Origin: Minisyncoccia bacterium | GTDB lineage: Bacteria; Patescibacteriota; Minisyncoccia; Phycocordibacterales; UBA9973 | DNA length: 64,000 bases | NCBI GenBank assembly: GCA_965656375.1 | Contig: CBFHKH010000001.1 | Span: 409,319-473,318, forward strand | Reading direction: 5' to 3' | Part shown: positions 8,401 to 16,947 of the stretch, in pieces | Layout of the letters: each line of letters begins with the position of its first letter | Position numbering within the stretch: the stretch's first letter is position 1 | The notes under the pieces: generated by a model | Databases searched by the model: none | Told to the model about the DNA's origin: nothing | Seen by the model: the letters and a program-made list of their open reading frames with translations, nothing else | Program-made: the position numbers and the translations under genes

Positions 8401-9381
8401 GAGTGCTGCATCACCAAGCGCGATGTTGTTTCCTCCGCCAGTAGCAGTTAAATTACCGGCATTCCTTCCAAGGAAAATATCGAGTCCAGTGATAAGACCT
8501 GAAGTGTAATAGGTAGGATCATCTCTTAGTATCAACATACTCTCACCAGTAGGAAGCTTCACATATTTACTCGTAGGTGTTACTCCGCTTGCAAGCGCTG
8601 GCAAAATGACACTTCCGTCTATCGTAATATCACCGACTACATGAAGCGCAGTTGCAGGAGTATTTGTACCGATACCAAGCCTGTTAGTCGCATTATCCCA
8701 GAATAGATTTGTATTATCCTCCTCGAGGCCGCTTGTACCTTGAAAAGGAACAGAGCCAAGAGTAAACGACGGATTAATAGTGCCCACAACTGTACCTATG
8801 ATATTACCCGTAATAGTGAGATCTCCTCCGACAGTTGCATCTCCTACTACAGAGAGGGTTTTTGTGTCAGTACGCTCGTACAGTCTATCCGCAAGATCAG
8901 TCACTTTATTGCTTGCAGAATCAAGAACAGTGAGAATCTGAATATCGAAAAGCTTCTTAGAAACAAATTGAGATGCATCGAAACTCCCTCCACTCCCTCC
9001 TCCTGATTGATAAACTGTGGTAGTCGGATATGTATTCGTAACATACGTGACTGGTGAAGATCCTGTCACATACACAGTCTTTTGTGATGACACAAGTGAT
9101 GGAGGTATTGATACTGATTTCTTAGAATTTGTAGGGCGAGGCGAGACGTGATTTATATCGAGAGTTGTAACATGTATCGGTATATAAAAAATAGATTCAA
9201 TCACGTTACTGAGTGGCTCGATAATACGAGTCATATATGTGTTCCAAATGGAATTGCCGAGATCAAGAACAGGATTTGAAGCAAAAGCGACGGTCGGAGA
9301 TAAAGCAATCAGTAAAAGGATGCTCGAAAGTAGTTTAGAAGATCGACGTTTAATTATATTTTGAAATTTACTTTTTACCAT
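5467..9381 (-). CDS. Giant tail-fibre/adhesin-like surface protein with beta-repeat shaft and peptidase S74 intramolecular chaperone domain
   Basis: N-terminal hydrophobic segment; GNVGIGTTSP repeats; N-x-A-V-G and SNFFG 14-aa repeats; SDRTLKKDI...LNPVSYHW...GFIAQEVAEQFPDLV; start could be 9414. Confidence 0.85.
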   Translation of the reverse strand: MVKSKFQNIIKRRSSKLLSSILLLIALSPTVAFASNPVLDLGNSIWNTYMTRIIEPLSNVIESIFYIPIHVTTLDINHVSPRPTNSKKSVSIPPSLVSSQKTVYVTGSSPVTYVTNTYPTTTVYQSGGGSGGSFDASQFVSKKLFDIQILTVLDSASNKVTDLADRLYERTDTKTLSVVGDATVGGDLTITGNIIGTVVGTINPSFTLGSVPFQGTSGLEEDNTNLFWDNATNRLGIGTNTPATALHVVGDITIDGSVILPALASGVTPTSKYVKLPTGESMLILRDDPTYYTSGLITGLDIFLGRNAGNLTATGGGNNIALGDAALNALTSGYGNIAIGMKSSLVTTNGNYNVAVGLSALGNNTASGIVGVGYQALGGNTSGGFNTAIGNSALAGNTTGSYNTAVGADAQRNTTTSPTGSYNVSVGGASLRYMTSGSSNTGIGYHVGHSTSSGSNNSYLGYLAGENNTTGNRNIFIGSYGGWYSGTASDQVFINSIDRGSYAGDQNGSPIYIQQNATVGNQLITLNGMVGINTTNPYANFTNYNANVYDSSGFGLLTTLDSLSWSSSGAGYVAAIENRDSNTTVRNGLLVKTAATDTASYIARFESGGSNRLSIRADGNVGIGTTSPATKLQIIGTNALRLGTVSDYYSFYQSNTNVWTWGSPSFNTMTWDGANNRVGINNTTPGYTLDVNGTLSVMNGTNGGLRIGVAAGSPQFISGTTSIAFNNNANNTQLMTLLNGGNLGIGPTSPTAVLHLKAGTATANTAPLKLTSGTNLTAVEAGAFEYDGTDLFFSPSTVRNTLVRNNTTHATVNYGLFIGDNAGLNATSSTQSNFIGRQAGQGATSANNSNFLGPSAGFGATGANTSNFLGPSAGNGASGANNSNFFGSSAGLNATGAANSNFFGNSSGNTAGSATQSNFFGNSAGYQATSAANSNFFGNNAGRSAASANNSNFFGRQAGQNTASGSFSNFFGFNTGSQFTGNDVGANNIIIGTNISLPNATANAINIGGVLFGTGTYATTSGNPSIAPTASGKIGIAQAAPAFTLHVGSSLITDGTTLLRLEDANSTCDFNANSGAPTCGSDRTLKKDIASLSTADLLTKISALNPVSYHWLAEGSTSPLQYGFIAQEVAEQFPDLVTDHLWIDGTQKKFLSMGGLMPYAIGALKELNLKVNGLSSLDTTNSNSLGSLVKQFLADISNGIENLFAKRIHTEELCVKKGDGSDICITGDQLEQLLGGQTTFSGSGGNGDTDTGDAQNGNTGNTDGSLESTDSNTTDTSSTEDTTGSSSDDTGGQEALPSGGEQGQ
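6465..6935 (-). repeat. Coding tandem repeat, 42 nt/14 aa units
   Basis: Nine xxSNF(F/L/I)GxxAG-type units in series, degenerate at DNA level. Confidence 0.85.
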
Positions 9382-9504
9382 ATGATAATTGGATAGAAAA
9401 CACCCAATATACACCTATAGTATAGTATATTTCTCAGTAAAATAAAATCCAAGGAAGTGGAGAAAGCGTTATGTAACAATCCAAAAGTACCAAGCAGCTG
9501 CTAT

Positions 9505-10344
9505 TTAAATATTCCAAACGCGTTTCGCGTTTGCGATCAGAGTTTGCGCAACTTCACTCTCGGGCAAGTCTTTAATGAAAGCTATTTTTTTAACTACTTC
9601 GGAGACATAGAGCGGTTCATTGCGTTTACCTCTGTGGGGTACTGGAGTTACATATGGGGCATCAGTCTCAGACATGATCATATCGATAGGTGTAGCACGA
9701 ATAACTTCATCATAACTTGATGCAAAGGTAATAACGCCTGTAAAAGAAAGCGTAAAACCAAAATCAACATATGCTTTTGCTATTTCTAGATCCCCTGCAA
9801 AAAAATGCACATCACCTTTTACTTTCGCGTGCTGCTTAAGTATATCTAATGCATCCGAATACGCATCGAATTCTTTATTATCTGGATTATTGCGGATATG
9901 AAGCATGATCGGCTTCCCTACTTCATTTGCAATCTCAATCTGCCCTATAAATGCCTTCTTCTGTCTCTCTATTGATTCTGTATCACACCTAAAATAATCG
10001 AGCCCGCATTCACCCACCCCGACAACTTTTGGGTCGCGAAGGAGCTCCAAATACTTTTCTCTATCAAATACTTCTCCGCGAGAAGTAAACTCAACTCCTC
10101 CTTCACCGAGCTCTTTTTCGTCATGAAACGACGCACCAGTATGAATCGGGTGAAGGCCAATAATGGCAAAGACTCCCTCCTTATATTGATGCGCTATTTC
10201 TACAGCTTTTCGTGATGTATCAATCTGCGTGCCAACATTGATGACCCATGTGTCGTTATCTAGAGCACGGCGAATAACTACATCTCGATCTTCGTCGAAT
10301 GCTTTAAAATTCACATGTGAATGGATATCTATATATTTAGGCAT
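9505..10344 (-). CDS. tatD: TatD family DNase
   Basis: IDIHSH, GLHP, VGECGLDY, LHIR, SETDAPY, RGKRNEP. Confidence 0.95.
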   Translation of the reverse strand: MPKYIDIHSHVNFKAFDEDRDVVIRRALDNDTWVINVGTQIDTSRKAVEIAHQYKEGVFAIIGLHPIHTGASFHDEKELGEGGVEFTSRGEVFDREKYLELLRDPKVVGVGECGLDYFRCDTESIERQKKAFIGQIEIANEVGKPIMLHIRNNPDNKEFDAYSDALDILKQHAKVKGDVHFFAGDLEIAKAYVDFGFTLSFTGVITFASSYDEVIRATPIDMIMSETDAPYVTPVPHRGKRNEPLYVSEVVKKIAFIKDLPESEVAQTLIANAKRVWNI

Positions 10345-11787
10345 TTAATCTTTGCGTAAGAAAAGTGGAGCTTCAGGCTTTTTATTTTCTTTGATCAATT
10401 TCTTAAGAGTTACATTTGTTTCTGGAAGTATCGGATTAAGCATTCGAGCTATCTGGTACAAGCGAAGCACGAGATCTGTGATAAGTTCTTTTCCTTTACT
10501 TTCATCAACTTTTACAACCTTGAACGGTTCAGTCTCTTGGATAGTCTTATCGAGTTCTGCGATTTCATTCCATATATAGTCAGCTGCCTTTTTTATATCG
10601 TACGCTTCATACATTTCAAAATAGTCCGCAAAATCTGATTTCTCAGGAATTTCTGGACATCTATCTAAATACTTCTCAGAAAGAGTTAGAATTCGTGAAG
10701 CCAAGTTTCCTAAACCGTTTGCAAGGCCTGAATTGTAGGCTTCTTTGAAGCGCTCTAGTGTAAATGGTGAATCTTCGAACGAAGATACTTCTCTAAGAAG
10801 GAAGTAGCGAAGTGCATCGGTGCTATATTCTTCTACGATATCTTTTGGATCAACCACATTACCGAGAGTCTTCGACATCTTGATACCTCCATCAGCTGTG
10901 ATGAAACCGTTCACGACTATCTGGTGTGAATTGGGCACATCTGCAGCCATGAGCATTGCCTGCCACATCGCAGATTGAAAACGAGTATTGTCCTTACCAC
11001 AATATTGCGTTGGCGTTCCCTCTATCCAATATTTTTTGAAATCCCCACCTTCGTTGGGCCAGCCAAGCGTATTGATATAATTGGTAAGCGCATCAAACCA
11101 CACATACATAACATGGTCTCTATCATCTGGTACCTCTATTCCCCACGGCATTTTGGTCTTGAGTCGAGAAATTGAGAAATCTTGAAGACCTCTTTCAACA
11201 AATGCTTTTATTTCATTGAAACGAAAATCCGGAACAACGAACGTCGGATTCTCTTCGTAGAATTTTAGTAACCGCGAACCGAACTCGCTGTATTTGAAAA
11301 AGTAATTCTCTTCTTCTATGAGCTCAAGTTCAATCCCCGGATGATCTGGGCAGTGACCATCTTCATTGAGCTCTGAATCAGTTTTCTCACTCTCACAACC
11401 GACACAGTATTTAGTTTGGTATGCCTTTTTATAGATGTATCCATTATCTCGAACTCGGACCCAAAATTCTCGGGCAGACTCTTCGTGGCGCACATCTGTC
11501 GTACGAATAAAGTGAATATCATCAGTGATACCAAATATTTTAATACTCTCCTTGAATGTCTCAAATCCCTGATCAACAAAAGCTTGCGTATCAATGCCTT
11601 TCTCTTTTGCCTTTTCATAAATCTTCATTCCATGTTCATCAGTACCAGTATTAAAAAATACATCATACCCAGCAAGCTTCTTGTATCGTGCGATCGCATC
11701 AGCACGAACAAATTCAAGCGCATGCCCCATATGAAGTGGCGCATTTACGTATGGAAGAGTAGTAGTAAGATAAAAGGTCTTCTGCAT
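10345..11787 (-). CDS. metG: Methionine--tRNA ligase
   Basis: FYLTTTLPYVNAPLHMGH, TGTDEHG, YVWFDAL, KMSKT; start reassigned to MQKTFY. Confidence 0.97.
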   Translation of the reverse strand: MQKTFYLTTTLPYVNAPLHMGHALEFVRADAIARYKKLAGYDVFFNTGTDEHGMKIYEKAKEKGIDTQAFVDQGFETFKESIKIFGITDDIHFIRTTDVRHEESAREFWVRVRDNGYIYKKAYQTKYCVGCESEKTDSELNEDGHCPDHPGIELELIEEENYFFKYSEFGSRLLKFYEENPTFVVPDFRFNEIKAFVERGLQDFSISRLKTKMPWGIEVPDDRDHVMYVWFDALTNYINTLGWPNEGGDFKKYWIEGTPTQYCGKDNTRFQSAMWQAMLMAADVPNSHQIVVNGFITADGGIKMSKTLGNVVDPKDIVEEYSTDALRYFLLREVSSFEDSPFTLERFKEAYNSGLANGLGNLASRILTLSEKYLDRCPEIPEKSDFADYFEMYEAYDIKKAADYIWNEIAELDKTIQETEPFKVVKVDESKGKELITDLVLRLYQIARMLNPILPETNVTLKKLIKENKKPEAPLFLRKD

Positions 11788-11788
11788 A

Positions 11789-12856
11789 TTAGTTTGTACG
11801 TGCAACAATTTTCTTCTTTTCAAGGTCATCGAGAAATTCGAGCAATGCAACTGCACAAGGGATCGCAAGTATTACTCCCCAGAATCCAGCAAGTGTAGCA
11901 CCGATGAGGATCGAAATAATCACAACGAGCGGAGAAATACCTGTTGCTTTCTTTACGATAAGCGGATAGATAAGGTATGTCTCGAATTGTCCGAGGACAA
12001 GGTACATAAGTGCTGTAATCGCAGATACGGTAACTCCACCATCAATATAGGCAAAAATGATTCCAGGAATTGCAGCGAGAATCAGGCCAAATGGAACAAG
12101 CTCGGCAATCACAACCAAGAGTGCAAGCACAAGTGAATATTTCACCCCGATAATTGTAAGCCCGAGGTATGTGAGCATTCCGACAATTACACCCATGAGC
12201 ATTTGCCCCTGCATCCACAAACCGATCTTGTGCTCAGTACGAAGCCAGAGTCCGATAATGTACTCTTCGTGAGCAGCCGGAGTGATGATGCGCAAAAAGC
12301 TCTGAATACCATGTTCGGTGATAGACAAATAGAACGAGACGATCATAATCAAAAGAAGATTCAGCACTCCACCAAACGCCGCACCGAAAATATTAAAGAA
12401 TCCTCCGGAAAGACTAGTTACCAAGTTCTGTGTACTTTTAATAACATCGGCAATTGATGCATTATGTGAGATCGTAGATACTACACCTTGTGCTCCTGAA
12501 ATAGTCGTCGGTTGAAATGTATTTAGAATACTCGTATCGGGAATATACTTGCCAAGTTGTGCGACAAGAGTCGACATTTCCTGGATAAAGACCGGGACAA
12601 AGACAGAAAGCAATCCTACAATGATGGCAAACGTGCAGAAATAAATCAGAAACACAGCAAGAGTACGATTTTTGATATACCGCTTCATTTTTTTGACCGC
12701 GAATCCTATAAAAGAAGCAACGACAATGGAAGTAAGTATAATGAGAATGATATTTGTGAGCTTCACTAGAGCCATAAATACCACTCCAAAGAGAATGACT
12801 CGTATGATAGATCCGTTCGAGATAGAAACAGTCTGGTTCTTAATATTTTGTTCCAT
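11789..12856 (-). CDS. AI-2E family (PerM-like) transporter
   Basis: Multiple TM helices; WMQGQ, YPLIVKKATGISP, GVILAIP signature. Confidence 0.9.
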   Translation of the reverse strand: MEQNIKNQTVSISNGSIIRVILFGVVFMALVKLTNIILIILTSIVVASFIGFAVKKMKRYIKNRTLAVFLIYFCTFAIIVGLLSVFVPVFIQEMSTLVAQLGKYIPDTSILNTFQPTTISGAQGVVSTISHNASIADVIKSTQNLVTSLSGGFFNIFGAAFGGVLNLLLIMIVSFYLSITEHGIQSFLRIITPAAHEEYIIGLWLRTEHKIGLWMQGQMLMGVIVGMLTYLGLTIIGVKYSLVLALLVVIAELVPFGLILAAIPGIIFAYIDGGVTVSAITALMYLVLGQFETYLIYPLIVKKATGISPLVVIISILIGATLAGFWGVILAIPCAVALLEFLDDLEKKKIVARTN

Positions 12857-12889
12857 AGGGGTATTTTAGCACATTCCGATAACCTCTAC

Positions 12890-14161
12890 CTAGAACTTCA
12901 AGATCTTCTCAAATGGCTTCTTGTCTTCAAATGGACCTATGAGAGCGAGGTTTAGATGCTTTGTTTTGAATATGTGTTTTGCCATTTTTCGTATATCGTG
13001 TGCGGTAACCTTCTGTATCCCTTTTATTTTCTCATCGAGCGTTTTTAGCTCACCTTTCATAAGTTCCTGCATACCATAAAAGTTTGCGATATCGTCTGTC
13101 GCTTCGAGTGAAAGTTTGGTATTACCAATGATGAAAGATTTGACCTTTTCGAGTTCTTGCTCGCTTACTTCTTCATGTACGAGTTTGTTGCACTCTTTGA
13201 GAATTTCCTCGATGACTTCAATAGTTCGTGTATTACTTACTCCAGCTGATATCTGAAATGCACCATGATCAAGTGATGCATCGTTATGTGCGCGTACATA
13301 GTATGCAACACCAAGCTCCTCGCGAAGCTTGATGAAAAGCCGTGAACTCATTCCTGCACCAAGGAGGGCGGAGAGGACTGAAAGGATAACATTCCTCTTG
13401 TCAGAAAGCGGAAATGATCTCGTTCCAAGTACAAAATGAGTTTGATCAGTGACTTTGTGACTTAGCAGTATGCTCGGTTTTGTCTGTGTGTCTTTTGTCT
13501 TTACCTTTCCCACTTTCTTCCCAGTATGAACGGAAGCAAAATGCTTTGACACTTCTTTCTCTACATCACTTGCTGTAATACTACCAGCCACGATGATGAC
13601 CGTACTTTCTGCCACATAATGAGACGCTTTATATTTTACAAGATCGTCGCGAGCCATGCCTTTAACTCGTTCTCTCGTACCAGCGATATTGCGTCCTGCG
13701 GGCTGATCACCGTAGAGAACTTCTTGGAAAAGATCTTGTACATGACTCTGAGGCATATCTTCGTACATATTGATCTCCTCGACAATAACGCCTTTTTCTT
13801 TTTCCATTTCTTTCTCCGGAAATGTAGAGTTTAAATAAATATCAGAAATGATTTCGAAAATCTGTCTAAAACTCTTAGAATCGCTTTTTGCATAGTAGCC
13901 TGTCACCTCGTGCCCCGTAAATGCATTGTATTGACAGCCAAGCGCATCGAGTTCATGCGAAATCGCTTGGGCAGAGGGACGCTTAACAGTACCCTTGAAG
14001 CACATATGCTCAAGAAAATGCGAGATCCCATTTACTTCCTTTGCTTCATAGTTACTCCCCGTCCCTACGAGGACGAGTACAGTAACTGTCGGATTATCCT
14101 TCATTGGTATTGTCACTATCCGCAAGCCATTTTTTAATTTCTTTTTTTTAGGTTTTTGCAT
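12890..14161 (-). CDS. M16 family zinc peptidase
   Basis: Inverted zinc motif GISHFLEHMCFKGT, NAFT, SSRLF..LREELG. Confidence 0.95.
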   Translation of the reverse strand: MQKPKKKKLKNGLRIVTIPMKDNPTVTVLVLVGTGSNYEAKEVNGISHFLEHMCFKGTVKRPSAQAISHELDALGCQYNAFTGHEVTGYYAKSDSKSFRQIFEIISDIYLNSTFPEKEMEKEKGVIVEEINMYEDMPQSHVQDLFQEVLYGDQPAGRNIAGTRERVKGMARDDLVKYKASHYVAESTVIIVAGSITASDVEKEVSKHFASVHTGKKVGKVKTKDTQTKPSILLSHKVTDQTHFVLGTRSFPLSDKRNVILSVLSALLGAGMSSRLFIKLREELGVAYYVRAHNDASLDHGAFQISAGVSNTRTIEVIEEILKECNKLVHEEVSEQELEKVKSFIIGNTKLSLEATDDIANFYGMQELMKGELKTLDEKIKGIQKVTAHDIRKMAKHIFKTKHLNLALIGPFEDKKPFEKILKF

Positions 14162-14164
14162 ATA

Positions 14165-14623
14165 TTACTTTATATCATATCGTATGAGTTTTTCACCTGT
14201 ATTACCAAGATGTATCTCACCTGTAAATGTTTCCCTTTTTACCACCTTCGGAAGCCAGATTTTGTCACTTGTCCACATCTTCTCATATGGTAGTTTGGAA
14301 ACTTCGAACCATGCCGGGATCATCTCTTCAGTTTCCACAGGTTCACCTAGAAATTTATCAATTCGGTATACGATAACCCGTTGATTCCACTCTTCTTTAT
14401 CGTCAAAGAAAAAATCAATATACCCGAGTTCAGTACATTCGTCTTTATTTGCTATTACACTGCACTCCTCTCTTACTTCACGTATAACTGCATCAAGCGG
14501 CGATTCATCTTCTTCAAGTTTTCCACCGTATCCATTCCACTTTCCTACTCCAAAACTTCTTCTCTTCATACCAAGCAGCATTTTGTCTCCTCTGAATAAA
14601 TATGCGAGAGTGGTGATTTTCAT
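14165..14623 (-). CDS. Nudix hydrolase, MTH1/NUDT1-like 8-oxo-dGTP diphosphatase
   Basis: LLGMKRRSFGVGKWNGYGGK, REVREE Nudix box, ETEEM.P.WF, PYEKMW..D..WLP. Confidence 0.88.
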   Translation of the reverse strand: MKITTLAYLFRGDKMLLGMKRRSFGVGKWNGYGGKLEEDESPLDAVIREVREECSVIANKDECTELGYIDFFFDDKEEWNQRVIVYRIDKFLGEPVETEEMIPAWFEVSKLPYEKMWTSDKIWLPKVVKRETFTGEIHLGNTGEKLIRYDIK

Positions 14624-14677
14624 ATTACTATCAGTAATTATTTACTTAAAGAAATAATCTATTCTATGCATGAAAAA

Positions 14678-15622
14678 TTACAAATCTTTTGTTAGCTTCT
14701 CGTATTGTAAACGTTCCCTTTCATTTAATAATTTCTTAGCAATACTATCCTTTGTCATTTTATTATCAGCGTTAAAAAACTCTAGAGCAAATTCTGTTTC
14801 TTGTACTTCATTGTACTTAGGCTTAACAGCTGATCCTAATGCGGCTAAGAAACGCAAAGATCCTCTTCCAAAAACTTTATCAACATCTCTTAGATGCATC
14901 ATATCTCCTGTGAGCATTCCTTTCTCAAATCTTTTTTCTGTTTCTTCTATCTTTTCCTTTCGGTATTCAGATATCTTAATTAGTAATAAATCTAAAACTT
15001 TAAGATAGGGATAAGTAATAAATCTATTATTTTTTAACTCCTCTTCAGTAATATTTAAATCTTTAATGATTGCTTCATTAGATTTTATAATTGAGAGAAA
15101 AGTTTTTGCTGTTACTGCTTCATTAAGAGCATTAAAATGTTCATGACTAAGATCATCCTCAATACTTTCTACACCATACCCAAGGCGGTAATGGTTAACT
15201 CTCTTATCCTCACTGAGAGAGACTGCTGTATATGAAATCGCATGGGTCATTTCTTCTAGAAGAATAAAATACTCTTGTAATCGTTTACCAATTAATCTGC
15301 TTATGACTATGGTATGAGTATCTGGAGAATACCTTCCAATCGTACTCCCATCTTCTGGTTGAGGTAAAATATGGATGTTTTCTAAGAGAATATCTGGCTT
15401 TGCGACTCCATGAACTTTACATTTTTCTTCGAGTATTTGATTAATTTTTTTAATTATATACTTCTCTTCTTCAGTTTTTTCTAATTCACCTGGCAATCTT
15501 TCCATCCCTTCATGAAGTTTATCTTGCATATACATCCCAAGACCTTCTAGGCTTTTTGGATCTTCCTCAGCATCCTTCACACCCTTACCTACTATTTTTC
15601 CTGGCTTCCAAATATTTTCCAT
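14678..15622 (-). CDS. Hypothetical AT-rich protein, possible degenerate zincin fold
   Basis: 314 aa ORF; LEEMTHAIS and downstream ALNEAVT resemble HExxH...NE metalloprotease pattern. Confidence 0.6.
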   Translation of the reverse strand: MENIWKPGKIVGKGVKDAEEDPKSLEGLGMYMQDKLHEGMERLPGELEKTEEEKYIIKKINQILEEKCKVHGVAKPDILLENIHILPQPEDGSTIGRYSPDTHTIVISRLIGKRLQEYFILLEEMTHAISYTAVSLSEDKRVNHYRLGYGVESIEDDLSHEHFNALNEAVTAKTFLSIIKSNEAIIKDLNITEEELKNNRFITYPYLKVLDLLLIKISEYRKEKIEETEKRFEKGMLTGDMMHLRDVDKVFGRGSLRFLAALGSAVKPKYNEVQETEFALEFFNADNKMTKDSIAKKLLNERERLQYEKLTKDL

Positions 15623-15623
15623 A

Positions 15624-16943
15624 CTAACTTAATTTATCTTTTATGTATTCAACAAGCTCAGATATTGCGACACGCTCCTGGGAACCAGTATCGCGATCTC
15701 GAATTGTTACTGTGTCTTTACGTTCAGGATTCTCCTGACCGAGGGTATCAAAATCGATAACGATGCAAAATGGTGTACCGATTTCATCTTGCCTGCGATA
15801 CCGTTTACCGATATTGCCATTGTCATCCCACATAACACGACCAAATTCTGCTTTGAGCATTCCGTAAACGATATGTGCTTCTTTTACGAGTTCAGGTTTA
15901 TTTTTAAGGAGTGGAGAAACAGCACAAATAACCGGAGCAACATTCGGCTTGAGAGCTAGATAGCTTCGAGTCTCGTCATTCTGTTCATCCTCTTTATACG
16001 CAGAGACAAGAAGTGCCAGAACCATGCGATCCACGCCCATCGAAGGCTCGATAACATGCGGTACGATTTTTTCTTTCATTTCTTCATCAATGTAGTCGAG
16101 TTTGTGATTATCAAGATCAAATGATCCGCGATATGCCAAGCCAAACAATTCCTTCTGGCCAAACGGGTAATCAAACTCAACATCGATCGTGCGCTTTGAA
16201 TAGTGCGCTCGATCGCCGTCCCCCACTTCTATATCGTGTATACGAGACATATCGAGTCCGAGCTCCTCGATAAACTCAGTGACAACATCTTTCCAATACA
16301 CAAAATGCTTCTCCCAGTCTTCCGGTCGAATGAAGTATTCGATTTCCATTTGCTCGAATTCACGAACTCGGAAAACAAAATCACGAGGCGTGATCTCATT
16401 TCGGAATGCTTTACCAATCTGAGCGATACCAAACGGAAGCTTTGGATGAAATGAATCGACGACATTCTTGAAATTCACAAATACTCCTTGAGCAGTCTCT
16501 GGTCGCAGATATACAGTTGCAGATGAATCCTCGACTGCTCCGATCTGTGTTTTAAACATCATATTAAACTGTCGTGACTCGCCGAGCGTACCCTCACAAT
16601 CAGGGCATTTTGTAGCGTCAATAAGCTGATCAGCACGAAACCTATGGTGACATTTTGTACATTCCACAAGCGGATCAGAGAATCCAGCTACGTGACCAGA
16701 TGCCTCCCATACTTTTGAACTCATCAAAATCGCAGCATCAACTTCATACATATCCGTACGAGAAGAAACAAATTTCTTGCGCCAGAGATCCTTGATATTG
16801 TTCTTAAGCAGTACGCCAAGCGGACCGTAATCCCACGTACCAGCGAGTCCGCCGTAGATTTCCGAACCTTGATAGACAAAACCGCGACGCTTCGCAAGCG
16901 AGGTAATCTTTTCCATTAAATTTTCATTTTGATTTTCTTGCAT
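15624..16943 (-). CDS. glyQS: Glycine--tRNA ligase, alpha2 (eukaryote/archaea-like) type
   Basis: KRRGF..SEIYGG, YLRPETAQG, FRNEITPR..FRVREFEQMEIE, IGKRYRRQDEIGTP. Confidence 0.97.
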   Translation of the reverse strand: MQENQNENLMEKITSLAKRRGFVYQGSEIYGGLAGTWDYGPLGVLLKNNIKDLWRKKFVSSRTDMYEVDAAILMSSKVWEASGHVAGFSDPLVECTKCHHRFRADQLIDATKCPDCEGTLGESRQFNMMFKTQIGAVEDSSATVYLRPETAQGVFVNFKNVVDSFHPKLPFGIAQIGKAFRNEITPRDFVFRVREFEQMEIEYFIRPEDWEKHFVYWKDVVTEFIEELGLDMSRIHDIEVGDGDRAHYSKRTIDVEFDYPFGQKELFGLAYRGSFDLDNHKLDYIDEEMKEKIVPHVIEPSMGVDRMVLALLVSAYKEDEQNDETRSYLALKPNVAPVICAVSPLLKNKPELVKEAHIVYGMLKAEFGRVMWDDNGNIGKRYRRQDEIGTPFCIVIDFDTLGQENPERKDTVTIRDRDTGSQERVAISELVEYIKDKLS

Positions 16944-16947
16944 TGTA

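Noticed and set aside
5467-9414. Prophage suggested by the S74 tail-fibre domain
   Set aside because: No integrase, capsid, terminase or other phage genes; flanks are housekeeping genes
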